Assembly: GCA_001938485.1 (NCBI GenBank)
Contig: MQRK01240224.1
Span: 1-52,267, forward strand
Direction of reading: 5' to 3'
Length of the DNA stretch: 52,267 nucleotides
Origin: Girardia tigrina
Taxonomy: Eukaryota
Every line of letters starts with the position of its first letter. Positions within the stretch are counted from its first letter, which is position 1. Made by a program: the position numbers and the translations under genes. Below are positions 12,857-27,228 of this stretch, in pieces. Under the pieces are notes generated by a model. That model was not told where the DNA came from, did no database searches, and saw nothing but the letters and a program-made list of their open reading frames with translations.

Positions 12857-14136
12857 ATAATTTTCTAATTTTGGATTATTTGGAAGAAAAATATTCAAAT
12901 ATTATTATTCAATATTATTATAGTGTCTTCACGATTATTTTAACTCTTAACGGCCACAAGGAAAGTGTTTCGTCTTAATCTTTCTATCTACTTGAAATTC
13001 CCATTTTTGTTTTAAACTTTTTACTTTTAAAAATTTTAAGTGGCCAAAAAATCCTAGAAAAAACAATTACAGAATGAACAAAAATAATCTTAATATATTC
13101 AATTTTAATTACCTAATTTGCGAATCCCGATATCCTCAATCTTTTCTTCTGATTCTTATCTCTTTACTTGCGGATCTATTGTTGCTAATAACTGATACGA
13201 GTATGTAAAAATTGTCAATAGTGTTTAATCTGATTTTATTTTTTTTGATAATTTCAAACAGGAAAATTTTCAATTCTTAAATTTTCAAAACAACAAATTT
13301 TAATAAGAATAAAAATTTTATTTTATTTCTTTTCTTCTGTTAAACAATTTTTTCTATTTTCATATTGAAAACAGTGATGATAATTTTGCAATATTCTATT
13401 GTCAAAATTTCTACAGTTCAGAAGCCACGCTGTCAAATTCAATTTGTAACAATTATTATCATTCATTACTTCTTATATTATTTATATTTTATATAAAGAA
13501 TTTACCTCATTTTATTGATAATTAAAGTTAAGCTCATTAATAAATAAATGATAAAAAGAAAAAAAAGCGAAATACAAAGTGTTTTTACAGAAATAAATTC
13601 CATCGAATAAACAATGATAATATCAAATAATTTATTATATTATTTTAAATAAAACTGTATTCGAGGATATAAGATAAACCGGAATATAAAATATTAAAAT
13701 GTATGTTTTCAGCAAAACCATAAAAAATATTCATTTTATTTTTAAAGGCTTTATTTAATTAACTAACTTTTAATAAGGACCACATTTAATAGAAAAATAT
13801 AAAATAATATAAATGTTACTTTTTTCCGTTTACATTTTACTCTGTAGAAGATTAAATAAAATAAAGTCTATAAGTTCTAATTTTATTAGTATATATTGTT
13901 AAAATATTCATTTTTATATATAAGAAAATGTATATTATACAAGTAAATGCATTATAATACAGAAATAAGCACACATCTGTTTTACCATTTTGCAAGCGTA
14001 TAGAATTTAAATCATATTTAATATTATTTTGTAAGGTATAATAGAAGATTGACGAATTTTATATCAAAAATAACCTTTTGAGACCCTTTGACCATTCTAT
14101 ATAGACAGTGTTTCCGAATTAATTACAACAAAAGTG

Positions 14137-14166
14137 TTAGGGTTAGATTTAGGGTTAAGGCAAGGG
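14137..14166 (+). repeat. Degenerate interstitial TTAGGG telomere-like repeats
   Basis: TTAGGG TTAGAT TTAGGG TTAAGG CAAGGG. Confidence 0.55.
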
Positions 14167-14789
14167 TCAAAATAAAAAAAATGTGTAGATTTTGTTCTTT
14201 AATTTTATTTTTATTATTACTTCAGGATTTATTGAAATTTAATTTTATCTAAATAATACAATTTAAGTAAAATTAAAAATTGAGAAAAGTTTTTTCCTAT
14301 TTTGCACATTTATTCTGTTAAATATTTATTCAATAATTAATAAAAATGTTTGGGAATAAATTCCATTAATTACAAAATATAAAATAAGTCTTACAAATGT
14401 ATTAGTTAATTTGAAAATTTATTATTAATTTATTGTGAATACATTTATTAATTCAACTGTCTTATTTTAGTCAATGTAAATATTAAAGTAGGTATTAATT
14501 ATGAAGGCTGAATTGACATCAGATGATAAAGGATCATAAAATACAAATTTTTATTTATTATTTTTAGTTAATTTGGAAAATGGATAACATTATTTATTTA
14601 ATAAATATGTGGTAATTTTCAGATTTCAAATGTTTTATTAAACTTTTCGAAAATAACTTTTATTTGGTTTAATTTTTATACAAAACGAATATTAATAACC
14701 AAACAATATAGCCTCAATAATAAATATTTTTCAATAAATTTGTACTACACAATGTTACTATTCTTTTGTTGGGGAAAATTAAAGAGCAT

Positions 14790-15270
14790 TGATATAACAT
14801 CACTCCTGTTAAGAGAACTCACACATTTGACAGAACATTTATTACATTGACAATTTTGATCATCTATGACGATCAATAGCATTGCTTTCACTAAAATCCA
14901 TCACTCAATGTTTAATACTTCTCATCCCAATTTGATCTAACTCGAAGAAAATTATTTTATTTAAAATATTTAATCTAAATTTTATTGGCTAAAATAAGAT
15001 TACTTTTTATAATCATTTTTAAACATTAATTGGATTTTAATTACTTAAAAATTTGCAAAAATAAAATCAATAAAATTATTTAAAATTTATAATAATAAAA
15101 ATTAAAAATTTGAATAATAAATCTAAATTTAAATAAATTAGTTTCAGATTATAAGAATTAAAATATTAATCGTCCATTTCACTAGAAGAGACACAATCCA
15201 AATCAACACACACACCAATTAAACATGCAAATACTACACAAAAACATCAACAGACCAAATGTTCATCACA
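14790..15270 (-). repeat. Unknown two-block dispersed family, copy 2
   Basis: Minus-strand block A TTTGGATTGTGTCTCTTCTAGTGAAATGGACGATTAATAT; block B translates DDQNCQCNKCSVKCVSSLNRSDVI. Confidence 0.65.
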
Positions 15271-16270
15271 ACTCCCTAGAAAGACATGAAAAAACATGTA
15301 AATTTTGATATCTTTAATTTTCTTTCGTGAGGTCACGATAAGAAAGTATGTTGATAATTAATATATTAATGAAAAAATTGGATGAAATTTGAAGTGTTTA
15401 GATATTCAAATTCACAAGAACGTAGTTCCAAAAGTACGCAGTTCTCTAATGAGTAGGTGAGGGGTCAAGATTTTACAATGACAGAATACCAGGATTCACA
15501 AAAGTATGAAAATGGAAACTTCATAATAAATTGAGGCAGAAATTATTTTGTAATAATGCTTTGCTCAGCTTAAGCAATCAAACAAATTAATGTTTTTGGT
15601 CATAATGAAAAAAAATACATATTTTAGTTTATCACACCCTTTTTAACTCGTCTTCTTGTTTCTCGGGATAATCGTTAAACATCTTCGTTTAATTCTTTCC
15701 GTTATATATTTGTAAAGAACACAAACTAATGAATAAAATTTATTCAATGAAATATTGATGGTGGTTTGATAGCCGATTAAAATTGGAAATCCTCGCCCTT
15801 CTATATTAAGGAAAATTATATAATATGCCCTGAAGTCAGTTGATGAAATTGAATCTGACCTTACAATTGCATTTTTCGGTGATGTCATGACATAAGAAAT
15901 CACCGGAATTTGAACTTCAGTGATGTCATGAGATGTGGTATCATCGAAGTTCGAAATTACTAAATGTTGTGAGGAATGACATCGCCACAACGTTATTTGT
16001 TAAATTCAATTTAAAATAATTATAACTAGTACTATTCGATAATTATTTATCTTACTTATTTGGTTTTTATTTAGAAGTGATTTCAGAAATCATATTAACA
16101 TCAATGTTATAATTTTATTTTCTGAAGTCAGTTCTATTTAGGGATTTTTACTCAGTTAACAAAATAATTTAACCATAAGTACATCTAAGATACTATCACA
16201 TTACAAATAATAAATTCAAAACGATTTTATAAGTTTAAAGTTTACTATACTTACATACATAGAGAAAACC

Positions 16271-16876
16271 TTTTCGTCTATCTAAATCGGGTATTCTGAA
16301 GAAACAAAAGAGAAATACGAGACTATATTATATCTGTTAGAAAAACTACTTCTTGCAGAGTTTGAGTAAAATGTATGCGAAACTTCAAGATCACTCGAAT
16401 CATAACAAGCTTGCAAAACGGATTCACTAAATTTTTTGTACAAATTGGATAGCAGGGTAAGAACAAAATATTCTATCAGTTCGTCAAAATCAAGCTCCAG
16501 GGCAAGTCAACATTAGCTATGAAGCGCTGGTTCTGCAGAAAATATTTTATTATCTGCACTTCACATAAAATACTACTATTCAAAAATTTACTGTAAGGTT
16601 TAAAAGTAGACAGCGAGTCCATTACTATACTAAAATATATATTTCCCAAATTCTCATCTGCCAAAGTAAAAGAAGGCATAACACCAGGAAAATGATGAAA
16701 TGTGGCTGAATCATAGATTCTTTAAATGCTATTGAACGAAGAGCATGGATGGTATTCAAGAATGTTTCAAAAGGCTTCTTAGGTAAGTTTATTTAACTTT
16801 TTATTTTAAACATAATTTATCTCAAATTTCAGGAAAATATCGTGATCCTAACTACAAGGATTTTGTCGATGAATTG
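16271..16876 (+). mobile_element. Chapaev3-type (CMC superfamily) transposase pseudogene fragment with a 50-nt intron
   Basis: Motifs IGYSEETKEKYETILYLLEKL, LQNGFTK, DSR, PGQVNISYEALV, LLSALHIK, FPKFSSAKVKEGI, AWMVFKNVSKGFLG|KYRDPNYKDFVDEL. A GTAAGT...TTTCAG intron at 16783-16832 restores the frame. Confidence 0.75.
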
Positions 16877-19534
16877 AATATATTGAATATTGAACACTTA
16901 TTGTTTTGCATTAAAATCTTTTTATATTTTTTCGTAAATAAAATATGAAATTTGTTTTATAGATTTTTTTTTATTAATAGAAAATCGGTAAATTTTATTT
17001 TAATAAACAATTTTTAACTGATAAATCATTTTTTGTGGTTTCGTTTTATAAGAAATTGATTATTTGAAATATCGATAGATAATTATGTAAAAAATGAATT
17101 GATCGATTGTAAAAGAATTCTTCACGAAATTGTTGAATATCAAGCTGATTTCTGGCGATTATCTTTTGTGTGAGTTCCGCGATCAATTGAGAGACAATCG
17201 GAATTTCGCAAAGGCAAAGGCGAGTGGAGGGGTTGCGAGGAGGAGCGAGGGTGCTTCCGAACTGACTGTCAAAAGTTTTGCGGTTTCTATAGGTTTTTGC
17301 GATCGGACACAAATCAATTGCTTAATCAATGACCAGAACGATACAATCGATTTTTTTATTGTAATGAAAGTAAAACAAGTCACAATGTAATCTTGAAAAA
17401 GATTGTGTCCTTTCTAAATTTTGATTATTAATCAAGATAAATAGAAATAAAATGAATAAATTTTCGGTTCCGGTTTTAGATGAATAGAACTTAAAAATAA
17501 GTTTCTCCAAACAAAATATCAAAATGTTAAAAAGTACTGACGAAGCTGTTCAAATAATTCGCGAAGCAAGTACATTTTATTTTCACTTGAATATTAATTT
17601 TAATCGTGTACTGTGTTCTAAAATATGTTGTTTGTGTCTCAATAGATTCATTCTACCAACCGGGTGATGTGTCAACCGAAAATAACAGCTCACGACGTGT
17701 TTAATATTTCTTAATACACTACGCTCAAGTTTTAAACACTATATTCATCTTTATAAAAAAGGTTTTTTCCTTTAAAACATCGCTTTATTTAATTTTTTAA
17801 ATTTTAAGTGTATATTTAGGATTCTTTCCATTAACAGATTTTGAAGCGATTTATTTTCTTATACTCTCTGTAAAACGCTTTATATGGCATAAAAATCAAA
17901 TTTTCCAAATACCTTTCAAACCTAGAGGTCATATAAAAAGCACTGTTTTTATAAAGAAAACTATATTTAAATCAGAAACTCGATGTGATTGAAAAAAATG
18001 GATATCATATCCGTGTGCAACTCAAAACACTGAAACAGGTGCAGATTAAATTTAATCTAATATTAAATTTTTATTTGATATAGTATTTGTTTAACATTGA
18101 TACCTTTTGACTTTTTTGTAAAAAAATATTTATTAATTGTGATGAATTACTGAGCATTTAAGTATCAGTTTTAGTAATAATGTTTTTCAAAACTCATTTT
18201 CAATTTTTATTGTTTTATTTTATTAATTAGGCTTCACATGAACCGATAAACTGGTTTATCAATGAAGGGAACAAAAAATAGGCTGATGTCACGAGTGAAG
18301 AGACAAAAACTGTATAATGGATATTTGCGGACATGAGACAAATTTGGTTATTCTTATTGATTAAAAATTTTTGAAATGAAATACCACAAGAAAAAAATAT
18401 AGATCAGTACTCATAATTGTCAATGACGAAGAACGAATTTACTCATTTATGGATCATTTTTTTAATATGAATAGCATATTCATACTGTGAATAGTTTATT
18501 AAACTGTAATTAGTATGGCATACTGAGGTTTACATATTAAATAGTGTTCAGTACTTGGAAAGCATCAATATTTTACAGTAAACATTTTTAGAAAATAAAT
18601 CATATTTTCTTTGATAATTCAACAACCTGAAAAAAAACTTTGAATTTGAGATATTGACAATGGTCTAGGAGGATCATGAAGGATATTAAATGATATTTAT
18701 CTAATATCATAACTATATGACTTAAAATCAACTTTGACATAAAACTGTAGATCGCGTAAGCTTTAATTCAAAGTATTAAATGTTTGCTGTGTCTCTTCCA
18801 AGAGGTTATTTTTGAAGGAGATTTTAACAAGTATAAATAAAGTTCTTTATAATGCATATTTAATGCTAATTTTATTATATTTTCTATAAAATAATAATAA
18901 TAATCATTATTAATTCAAATAAGAAATATAAATAACAGAAATATGAATTTTAAATTTTATTTTTTTAGTAATTAATTGACTTCTATTTTTTAATATGTTC
19001 CTAAAATAAATTTTGAAAAAAATCCACTTAAAAATATAAAATTTCAATAAAAAATAGAGCTTATTTAAATAGATTCTAGAATTTCATTTATTGGAATATG
19101 ACATCTTTTTTCCTGTAAAATATCAATTAAAAATAAAAAAAATAATTTTGTTTAATTTTTTGTAAATAAAAAAAATTATTATTATTTAAATATAAAAAAT
19201 TTTGAAGAGAGAAAATACTTAAAATAACCCTGAATTGTATGACGAACAATTTGTCATTTTAAACATTATGACTAAAATTATTGTTTCATACAAATCACTA
19301 GCAAGAATATTAATAAAACCAGTCAATCTGAGATAAAACAAACTGTATATTTAGAGTCAAAATAAGGCCAAAAATCAATGGGAGAATATTATAATTTATT
19401 TATTCTCCTATTTCATGATTTGAATTGGAACTATTATTAAAATTATAAAAAAAACTTCTCTGAAAGAGTAATATTTTAATTACTAATTGTAGTGATATAC
19501 ATAATCACACATACATTTTTATATATATAATAAA

Positions 19535-19580
<46 letters not shown>

Positions 19581-19999
19581 AATTAATAAAAAAATCAATA
19601 AAAAAATATTTGGACAATAATTAATTTTGAAGTCTGGATTCTTTGGATTCTTCTATTCTCTCAACAACAATTTCCGTCGTCGTTAATAACAAAAATAATA
19701 ACAAACATAATTCCATAAAACCCAAAAATCAATTCCTACTCGAAGAACCTCTCTCGAGCTGGACCCAATAATCCTAATTACAATACAAATAATTAGACGG
19801 CCCCCGTCGCATCTTCTGCCAATCTCGTCGACGATCAACATAATTATCTCGTCTATAATCATTCGAACAACAACTAAAATTATCGGTATTTTATATCAAA
19901 TTTCTTTCTGATAGTTTATTATATTGTTATATAGTGTAGTTAAATTATTTTTTTATATTTTTATTTATTTATATACTTTGTTAAAAGAGCTAATTTTAC

Positions 20000-20420
20000 A
20001 CTGTGGGGTATGTTTTGAATTGTGTGTTGATATTGTGTATGTTGTATGTTGATTCGGATTGTGTCTCTCCTACACAGATGGATGATTGATATTTTCTTTG
20101 AGTCTTACTAATTAAAAATAATTTAATTTAATTTTAAAGTAAAAAGATTTAAAGTAATTTTTGAATGTATTATTTATTTTTTAATGTAATTTAAATTTTT
20201 AATATATTAATTTAATATGTTCTTTTTTTAAAAATGTTTAGATTTAATTTTAACCAATTAGATTCTTTTTAATTAATAATTTTTATTAACAGATTTTCAT
20301 TTATTGAAAATAATTAGTGTGAACTCAAAAATATATTGATCAAGAGAGATGTCAAATAGTGAAAGTGCTTGTGATATTAATAAATGTTGTAAAACTCATA
20401 TTGATGTTGTTAATATACAC
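20000..20420 (+). repeat. Unknown two-block dispersed family, copy 3
   Basis: Block A TTCGGATTGTGTCTCTCCTACACAGATGGATGATTGATAT; block B translates SESACDINKCCKTHIDVVN. Confidence 0.65.
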
Positions 20421-21108
20421 TAATAATTACTTTAAATAAAGTTGGAAGGAAAATTAATGTTCGTCAAACTTTTTTTATATTAAATAAATAAAAAGACAAA
20501 TCTGGCTCAGAAATATATATTATAAACTGTTAAAACAAAGAACAAAAAACGGTAAGAGAAAAAGAATTGGTTTAATCGTCACCAAAAACTTAATGTTAGT
20601 CGATGAAGTAACAATAACAAAAAATGGTAAGTTGCTTTAAATTGTTTGGGGAATCAGAAATTTGGCTCTTGAATTGTAAATTTGTTCAACATTTGTAATT
20701 AATATTTTGGCAAATTATTGTTTTTTAGGACAAAAAATAAAAGTCTGATAATCAACAGGAATATAACTTCGTTTGTCCTGGATTATTACTTCATTGAATA
20801 GTAATTTGGATATTTCGAAAGTTTGTTAAGCGAATTTGACGTGAATCAGCTTAGCTAAATTGGGGAATGGTTTTTATGTCTTCAGTCGTCGTTAAAGTAA
20901 ATTTAATATGAATTTGAATTTATTTGATTTAATTTTTTTAATCCATATTAATATTTATAAGTATTGTTTCATACAATAACCATTATGTTTCAAGGTTTTT
21001 ATTTTTTTATTTTGAACCACTTACTGGAACGACCCCGTAATGAATCGTCTTCTAGTAGAGACACGAGATAAAGAAAAAGAAACATATTAAAAACACTTAT
21101 AAATACAT

Positions 21109-21143
<35 letters not shown>

Positions 21144-22036
21144 TGTGTCGTAGGACATTACAATTAATATTCTTTGATATTTAACAGTGAAAATCAATCA
21201 GGAAAAAATAAATCAACCAATTATCCATCTTCGAGTACATCCTGTTCGAGTATATATACATGTATATTTAAATGTGGAAATGTAAAGAAGAAATTTTGAA
21301 TAAATTATTAACGGATATTATCAAATAGTATGACTAAATAAAATTTATTTTTAGTTATATTATTTAATATGACTAATGAAATATTATGACTAAGATTTTT
21401 TTATTATAATTATAATGCCCATCAACAAAGCAAAAAAAACATTGTAATAAAAAATTAGTTTTGTTTTAATAATATTATAATGTACACAATTTTGAATTTT
21501 CGAAATACATTTTTGAATATAACTATGTCGAATTCTCGATTTATTGATGGTGGAAGAAAATGAGATTATTAGAACAAGAAATTTAAATCATGTCATTGTG
21601 GCACCCCTGTGTCGATTCGATCTTGATCAATATTCCGTTCCTGATATAATTATTGTGGATTATTCAAGTTCACTAATCGAAACACGAACGAAAATGGCCG
21701 GGCCGACTGATACCTCACTCAGAATATCGATACACAGACGATAAATTTCTCAACCCAATCTCGAATTAGGAAAAAGTTATATTATACAAAGCAGCAAACA
21801 GATCATCTTGAAAGGTAATCGTGGAGAGAAAACAATAGGGGGATTAAATCTATGATCTTAATAACGGGAAAGTCAATCGAAGCAGCTGTATACTGGAATA
21901 AGAACACTCCTAATGAAAGCGGTATAATACCGATTGTCTAATCTTTAATTATGAAATTAAACTGCTAACTTGTTGAATATAAAGATCGTTGAAGAAATCT
22001 TTATTAATAACAAATTAACTATAAATTATCTCGCCT

Positions 22037-22495
22037 GTGGAACTGAAAATGAAAACAAGGTACACTGAAGGGTGGATTTTAGGTGTAATTAAAGGGTACA
22101 AATCGGATCAAATATATATAGTGAAAACAGACAATGTCTGTTTTCCACGACACATTTTGGATCATCGACCACGGCATGACGAGGACATCAGTAGGTCGAA
22201 ACTGAAAATATCAGACGACGAAGAGAAAAAAAGGTAACAGAGGTACCCGGAGAAGGCGGTTAAACAACTAGTCAAGTGAGTGAAAATCTAGATGACCAAA
22301 CAGGTTTAATGACTACATCATGGATGAAGAATCTTAAGATTCTAGTGGGGATGTAGATTAATATTGTGGAAAAATGTATTTCAATTAAATTTGTTTTAAT
22401 GTTGAGAATTTTAGGGTGATATTGCACGCGTGTTGGTGAAGTATTTGTTTAAATAAATATAATAACGAGTCTTTATTTATTTTACGTGCGCTACA
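22037..22495 (+). mobile_element. Ty3/Gypsy 3' end: integrase C-terminal region, PPT and short LTR (22352-22495)
   Basis: WILGVIKGYKSDQIYIVKTD...RHILDHRPR...PNRFNDYIMD; AGTGGGGA purine tract; TGTAG...CTACA LTR of 144 bp containing AATAAA. Confidence 0.75.
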
Positions 22496-23940
22496 TATTT
22501 ATCACTGTTTATTTTTCTTGCCATTAAACGTAAAGAACTTTATGTGATACGATAAACACTAGTATTAATAATATGTTTTCTATAATTAATATAAAATGTA
22601 TTCATTCAATGATTTTTTTAAATAAAATATTTTTTCAAAAACATAAGTAAAGATTATTTTAATGTTTATTGAGTAACTCAAAAAACGTATTAGGCGAATT
22701 GTCATTTGTAGGTTGTTGATCTTAATAAAATTTGAACGTATCACCGACTCTTTCCTTTGACAAAACAGTCGCTCGACGCTCTTGTCTTATCTATTTTTGC
22801 GATTCTTCCTTTTCTTCATAATTCTATCAAATATCGGATTGTCATTTAACATGTGAAGAACATTAACATTAATTTATACATCATTGTATAAGATACATTC
22901 AGGACCGTAAGTAATGCAGATAATAATTCAAAATCTCTTTCATATTAAATAAAACTGATTCAGTTTATTCATCTGGAAGTCTAGATTCCTTTACTGATTC
23001 AACATTATTATTATCAAAAAAAATTTATTAGAAAGCATTTTGTTAAAAAAATGATGGACTAATAAGAAAGGGAAAAAAATAATTATAAATTTCGTTTTTT
23101 TTGTTTTCTTTTTAACTTTACATTTGAATAAAGGTTTTTAAAAATTTTCCTTTTAATTTTCATTTTAAAAATAGTAAAATTAGTCAAGTAAGGCTCGTAG
23201 TAAAATTTGATATTTTATCTAGAAAAATATTATTGTTATAATAATTACTCAATTAATATTTTTTTATTATCATTAAAATTACAAAAATGATTTAATTGAT
23301 ATCATGTTGGTCATCATTTTAATGAGATTTATAACTAAACTATTGATGCTCCTAACTTATTCTGAAGTCATAATTATGTTTTTAACATTTATGTGATTTA
23401 AAATAAAGTTAAACGTGTTAAAGTAAACCATTTTGTCGCAATATAATGACACCAAAACCGCGTTTCCCAAAGTGAGGCATACACCCTTCCGAGGAACAAT
23501 TCAAAAATTGACTGATCTTAAGAAGAACTGCAAGATTTGACAAATATGTTATATAATTTTAAATATTTTAAGTATTGTTATAGTTTCTTATAATCTTTGG
23601 ATTTTTGTTCTCTAATATTTTTTTGAAATTTGCTGTTTTTTCCTGATAGTCATCTCGTCATAGTGTTTCTTAAAATTCATCATTTCCTTCGGTGAACATT
23701 TATTTGCTCATTATACAATTTATATATAATTATGTTCATGCGAAAAGAAAGAGAGTAATACGAATTTGAGGTATGTTTGTATCGGACACAAAGGAATAAA
23801 GAAAAATTGCTCTAAAAAAACAATTTTTTTGCAAGACAAACTATTGTTTTCCTACTTATTCATATTGTCTGTAAAATATGGTTGATCAAATTTTGTAGAA
23901 TTTTCATTTTCAGGAACCAAAACATCCTCAATAAATTCAA

Positions 23941-24116
23941 ATTCATTATTTTTACATTTAACATAATGGATCGAGAAGACGGAAGCCTACGTTGTAGACA
24001 TTTGAAGCCAAATTAGAATCGACAAATAAAGAAGACGAAAAATCTGAACCACAAAGAAGTCAAAGAGAACGAAAATTTCCAAACTACTTAAGGGACTTCG
24101 AGGGGTAAAGAGGAAG
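23941..24116 (+). repeat. Second copy of the Gypsy integrase-tail/PPT segment at 12571-12746, without LTR
   Basis: Nearly identical sequence starting at the same ATTCATTATTTTTACATTTAAC boundary. Confidence 0.9.
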
Positions 24117-24140
24117 AAGAAAAAGATCCTAAGTTCAAAA

Positions 24141-25141
24141 GGGTCCACGTCAATTGGTCGTGGTAAATTGGTCGGGGGTGACAATTTGTCGAGGCGACAA
24201 TTGGTCGGGGAAACAATTGATAGGAGATTTTTGGTAGTGACGATAATTTGTCGGAGAATTTTTGAATTTTTTGCTAGATATATGATCTACGAAGCGTACA
24301 AAAAGACTATTTTCTTTTGAAAATTCATGGAATCTCAATTGAGTTTCCATAAAAAAAGCATGCACTATAATAAAAAAAGAAGACTCATTATGGAAATAAT
24401 TATATTTAATTATTTATATAGTTTCTGTAAAATTATTTTTAAGAAATCTTTTTTTCTAAAATCTAATAGAGTTTTGGTTGGTGCGACAATTAATCGGGGG
24501 ATTTAGGATTGACAATTTATTCAAAATGATAATTTATTATGGCTATAACTGGTCAGTAAGATATATGATCACCGAAGTGTACAAATTTTTTTTGGTACAA
24601 TGTATAAATATATATTTAATATGTTAATTAATAATTATTAATAACAACTAATAAATTAAATAAAAGATAATATTAGAAATTAAAAGAAACATTAACAAAT
24701 TCAACAATTTATTATAAAACATAAATATTACTACACAAAAATTAAAATGAAAAAAATCCAAATTGAAATTAAAAAATTAAAAAAAATTAAATTAAAAAAT
24801 TCAAGATGAATTGTAGAAAGGAAACAAAATCCCCGATGAATTATATATCTGATAAAAAAATCCCTTGTAAATTGTCACCTTCATTAAAATTGTCTTTAAA
24901 TCATAAATCCCCGACGAATTGGCGACCAAAAATACCCTATGAATTGAGCCTCCAACAAAAAATGCGTGATGAATTGTCACCCCAACCCATTGTCGCCCTA
25001 ATCTATTGTCCCCTCGACGAATTGTCGCCTCGAATATTTGTCACCTCGACAAATTTTCGCCTCGAGGAATTGTCACCGCGACGAATTATTGCTGACGAAT
25101 TGAGTCCCGACCAATTTAACACGATCAATTGACGTGTTTCC
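24141..25141. mobile_element. Non-autonomous Mutator-like (MULE) element
   Basis: TIRs GG(GTC/AAA)CACGTCAATTG(G/A)TCGTG(G/T)TAAATTGGTCGGG; 9-bp TSD AGTTCAAAA (24132-24140 and 25142-25150); subterminal tandem GACGAATTGTCNCC-like units; AT-rich interior. Confidence 0.92.
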
Positions 25142-26280
25142 AGTTCAAAATTTATTAAAAATTATTAATGCTTGAATAGGTGAAAATCTCTGGTTCACGA
25201 AAACGTAATGGTTATCAAAATGAAAATTCATTTTGATGAAACTTGCCTGTTTGTTAATAAACTGAAAGAAGATGGCTATTGTTTTTAATAAAATTCTTGA
25301 CTAACCTAAATTATTTTACCAAGTTTTTATTACCTCAATTTCGTCTATGTTTATCTATCCATGATGTTTTGGTACATTGACAATTTATTTCTCGACCATT
25401 TCCTCTTGCCTAATTTTTACCAAACTTTATAATTATGCTGATTCCCGAAGAAAATTTAATTAATTAACTTTTTTTCTAATTAACTAATTAACTTTTCTAA
25501 TTAACTTCAATTAAATGGTTACTTTTTAGGTGATAATAATCTACAGTCAAGGATGTCTTTAATAATAACTAAAAAATTTTCACAAGTGCAAAATCCAATG
25601 TTTAAATGAGTAAACATTAATATTATCATTAATAATAGTTTATTTAAATTAAGAAATTTTTATAAAATTACAAAAAAACGTATTTCACAAACATTTTTGA
25701 ATACAATCAAGAATAGATTGAATAATATTTTGTACCAAAAAATTAAAAATAAATAATATATAAATTAAGATTTTTATGAAACACGTTTTTATTCGGACCA
25801 GAAAGGATAAAATAAAATAAATTGAAAAAACTAGTAACATAAAGTAAATTAAAAGTGAACCATCCGGGAAATGCAACCCAACGTTTATAGTTATGAGCAA
25901 ATGTACTCCTGTTCCTTTCTTGGAAAGGAGAAAATTTATTTTACTTTTTACTGCATCATTACAAGATAGATTGGAACAGTAATAAAAAAATATCTCTTAA
26001 AACATTTAATAAGTAGGAAAAACTGCATACCATTTCGACCTGCATACTTATCTTCGACCTCAGAACACAAATAACATCAAACAAACATAATACAAGAGTC
26101 CAGATTTCAACTTCAACGGAGGTTTTCCGGCAATCTTTCGGCACTCACTTGAATCCTCTGGTAAATAAAGAGTCAGAGAAAATTCATCATGAGTAATAAT
26201 TTTCGAAATAAACTGGTCACCATAACTGATTAAAATTTCAAAGTAGGCAGTCTTGTATTACATACGTCACTCTACTCAAG

Positions 26281-27228
26281 CTGCAGCAACTTCATGATAA
26301 GTGTCATTTAGGAGCAAACAGAATGCGATATCTATGTGCGAAGCAAGGAATAGGTGTGTCAAACGCGGATATCAAGGATCTGATTTCAANNNNNNNNNNN
26401 NNNNNNNNNNNNNNNNNNNNNNNNNNNNNNNNNNNNNNNNNNNNNNNNNNNNNNNNNNNNNNNNNNNNNNNNNNNNNNNNNNNNNNNNNNNNNNNNNNNN
26501 NNNNNNNNNNNNNNNNNNNNNNNNNNNNNNNNNNNNNNNNNNNNNNNNNNNNNNNNNNNNNNNNNNNNNNNNNNNNNNNNNNNNNNNNNNNNNNNNNNNN
26601 NNNNNNNNNNNNNNNNNNNNNNNNNNNNNNNNNNNNNNNNNNNNNNNNNNNNNNNNNNNNNNNNNNNNNNNNNNNNNNNNNNNNNNNNNNNNNNNNNNNN
26701 NNNNNNNNNNNNNNNNNNNNNNNNNNNNNNNNNNNNNNNNNNNNNNNNNNNNNNNNNNNNNNNNNNNNNNNNNNNNNNNNNNNNNNNNNNNNNNNNNNNN
26801 NNNNNNNNNNNNNNNNNNNNNNNNNNNNNNNNNNNNNNNNNNNNNNATAGATCAAAGGAAATATCTAGTAAATTGCAACGGATTTTGTGGTCCAAGACAT
26901 ATCGCAGACATTCGACCTAGACAGCCTGACTTGGTTGAAAATTCCAAGTCATATTATATGGATATAGAGGAAACTGCATCACTACCAGACAATCAAACAC
27001 CAGAGGAACAATCATTGAACTGTAGGCCTAGTAGAGAAAGACGAAGACCGCCTTATCTAAATGATTACATTGTGGATTCAGATTNNNNNNNNNNNNNNNN
27101 NNNNNNNNGTGTTGGATATTAGATATTTTAATTATTTGAAATATTTAATATTTACTTTTTTGATAAATATTTTGTTTAAATATTATCAATTAAACATTGT
27201 TTTGAAAATAAACTTTTCGCGTGTTACA
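26281..27228 (+). mobile_element. Ty3/Gypsy integrase remnant (H2C2 region and C-tail) with 3' LTR, gapped
   Basis: LQQLHDKCHLGANRMRYL...NADIKDLIS; after the gap YLVNCNG...RHIADIRPR...RPSRERRRPPYLNDY; LTR-like about 27110-27228 ending TGTTACA, with AATAAA. Confidence 0.75.

Noticed and set aside
17534-17573. Hammerhead-like GTA-CTGACGA...GAAG...TAC
   Set aside because: Stem II is poor, GAAA is broken and no NUH cleavage triplet can be placed.
24806-25132. ORF with repeated DELSP motifs; also CRISPR-like periodicity
   Set aside because: It is the translation of MULE subterminal tandem repeats inside a TSD-flanked element. There are no unique spacers or cas genes, and the context is eukaryotic.
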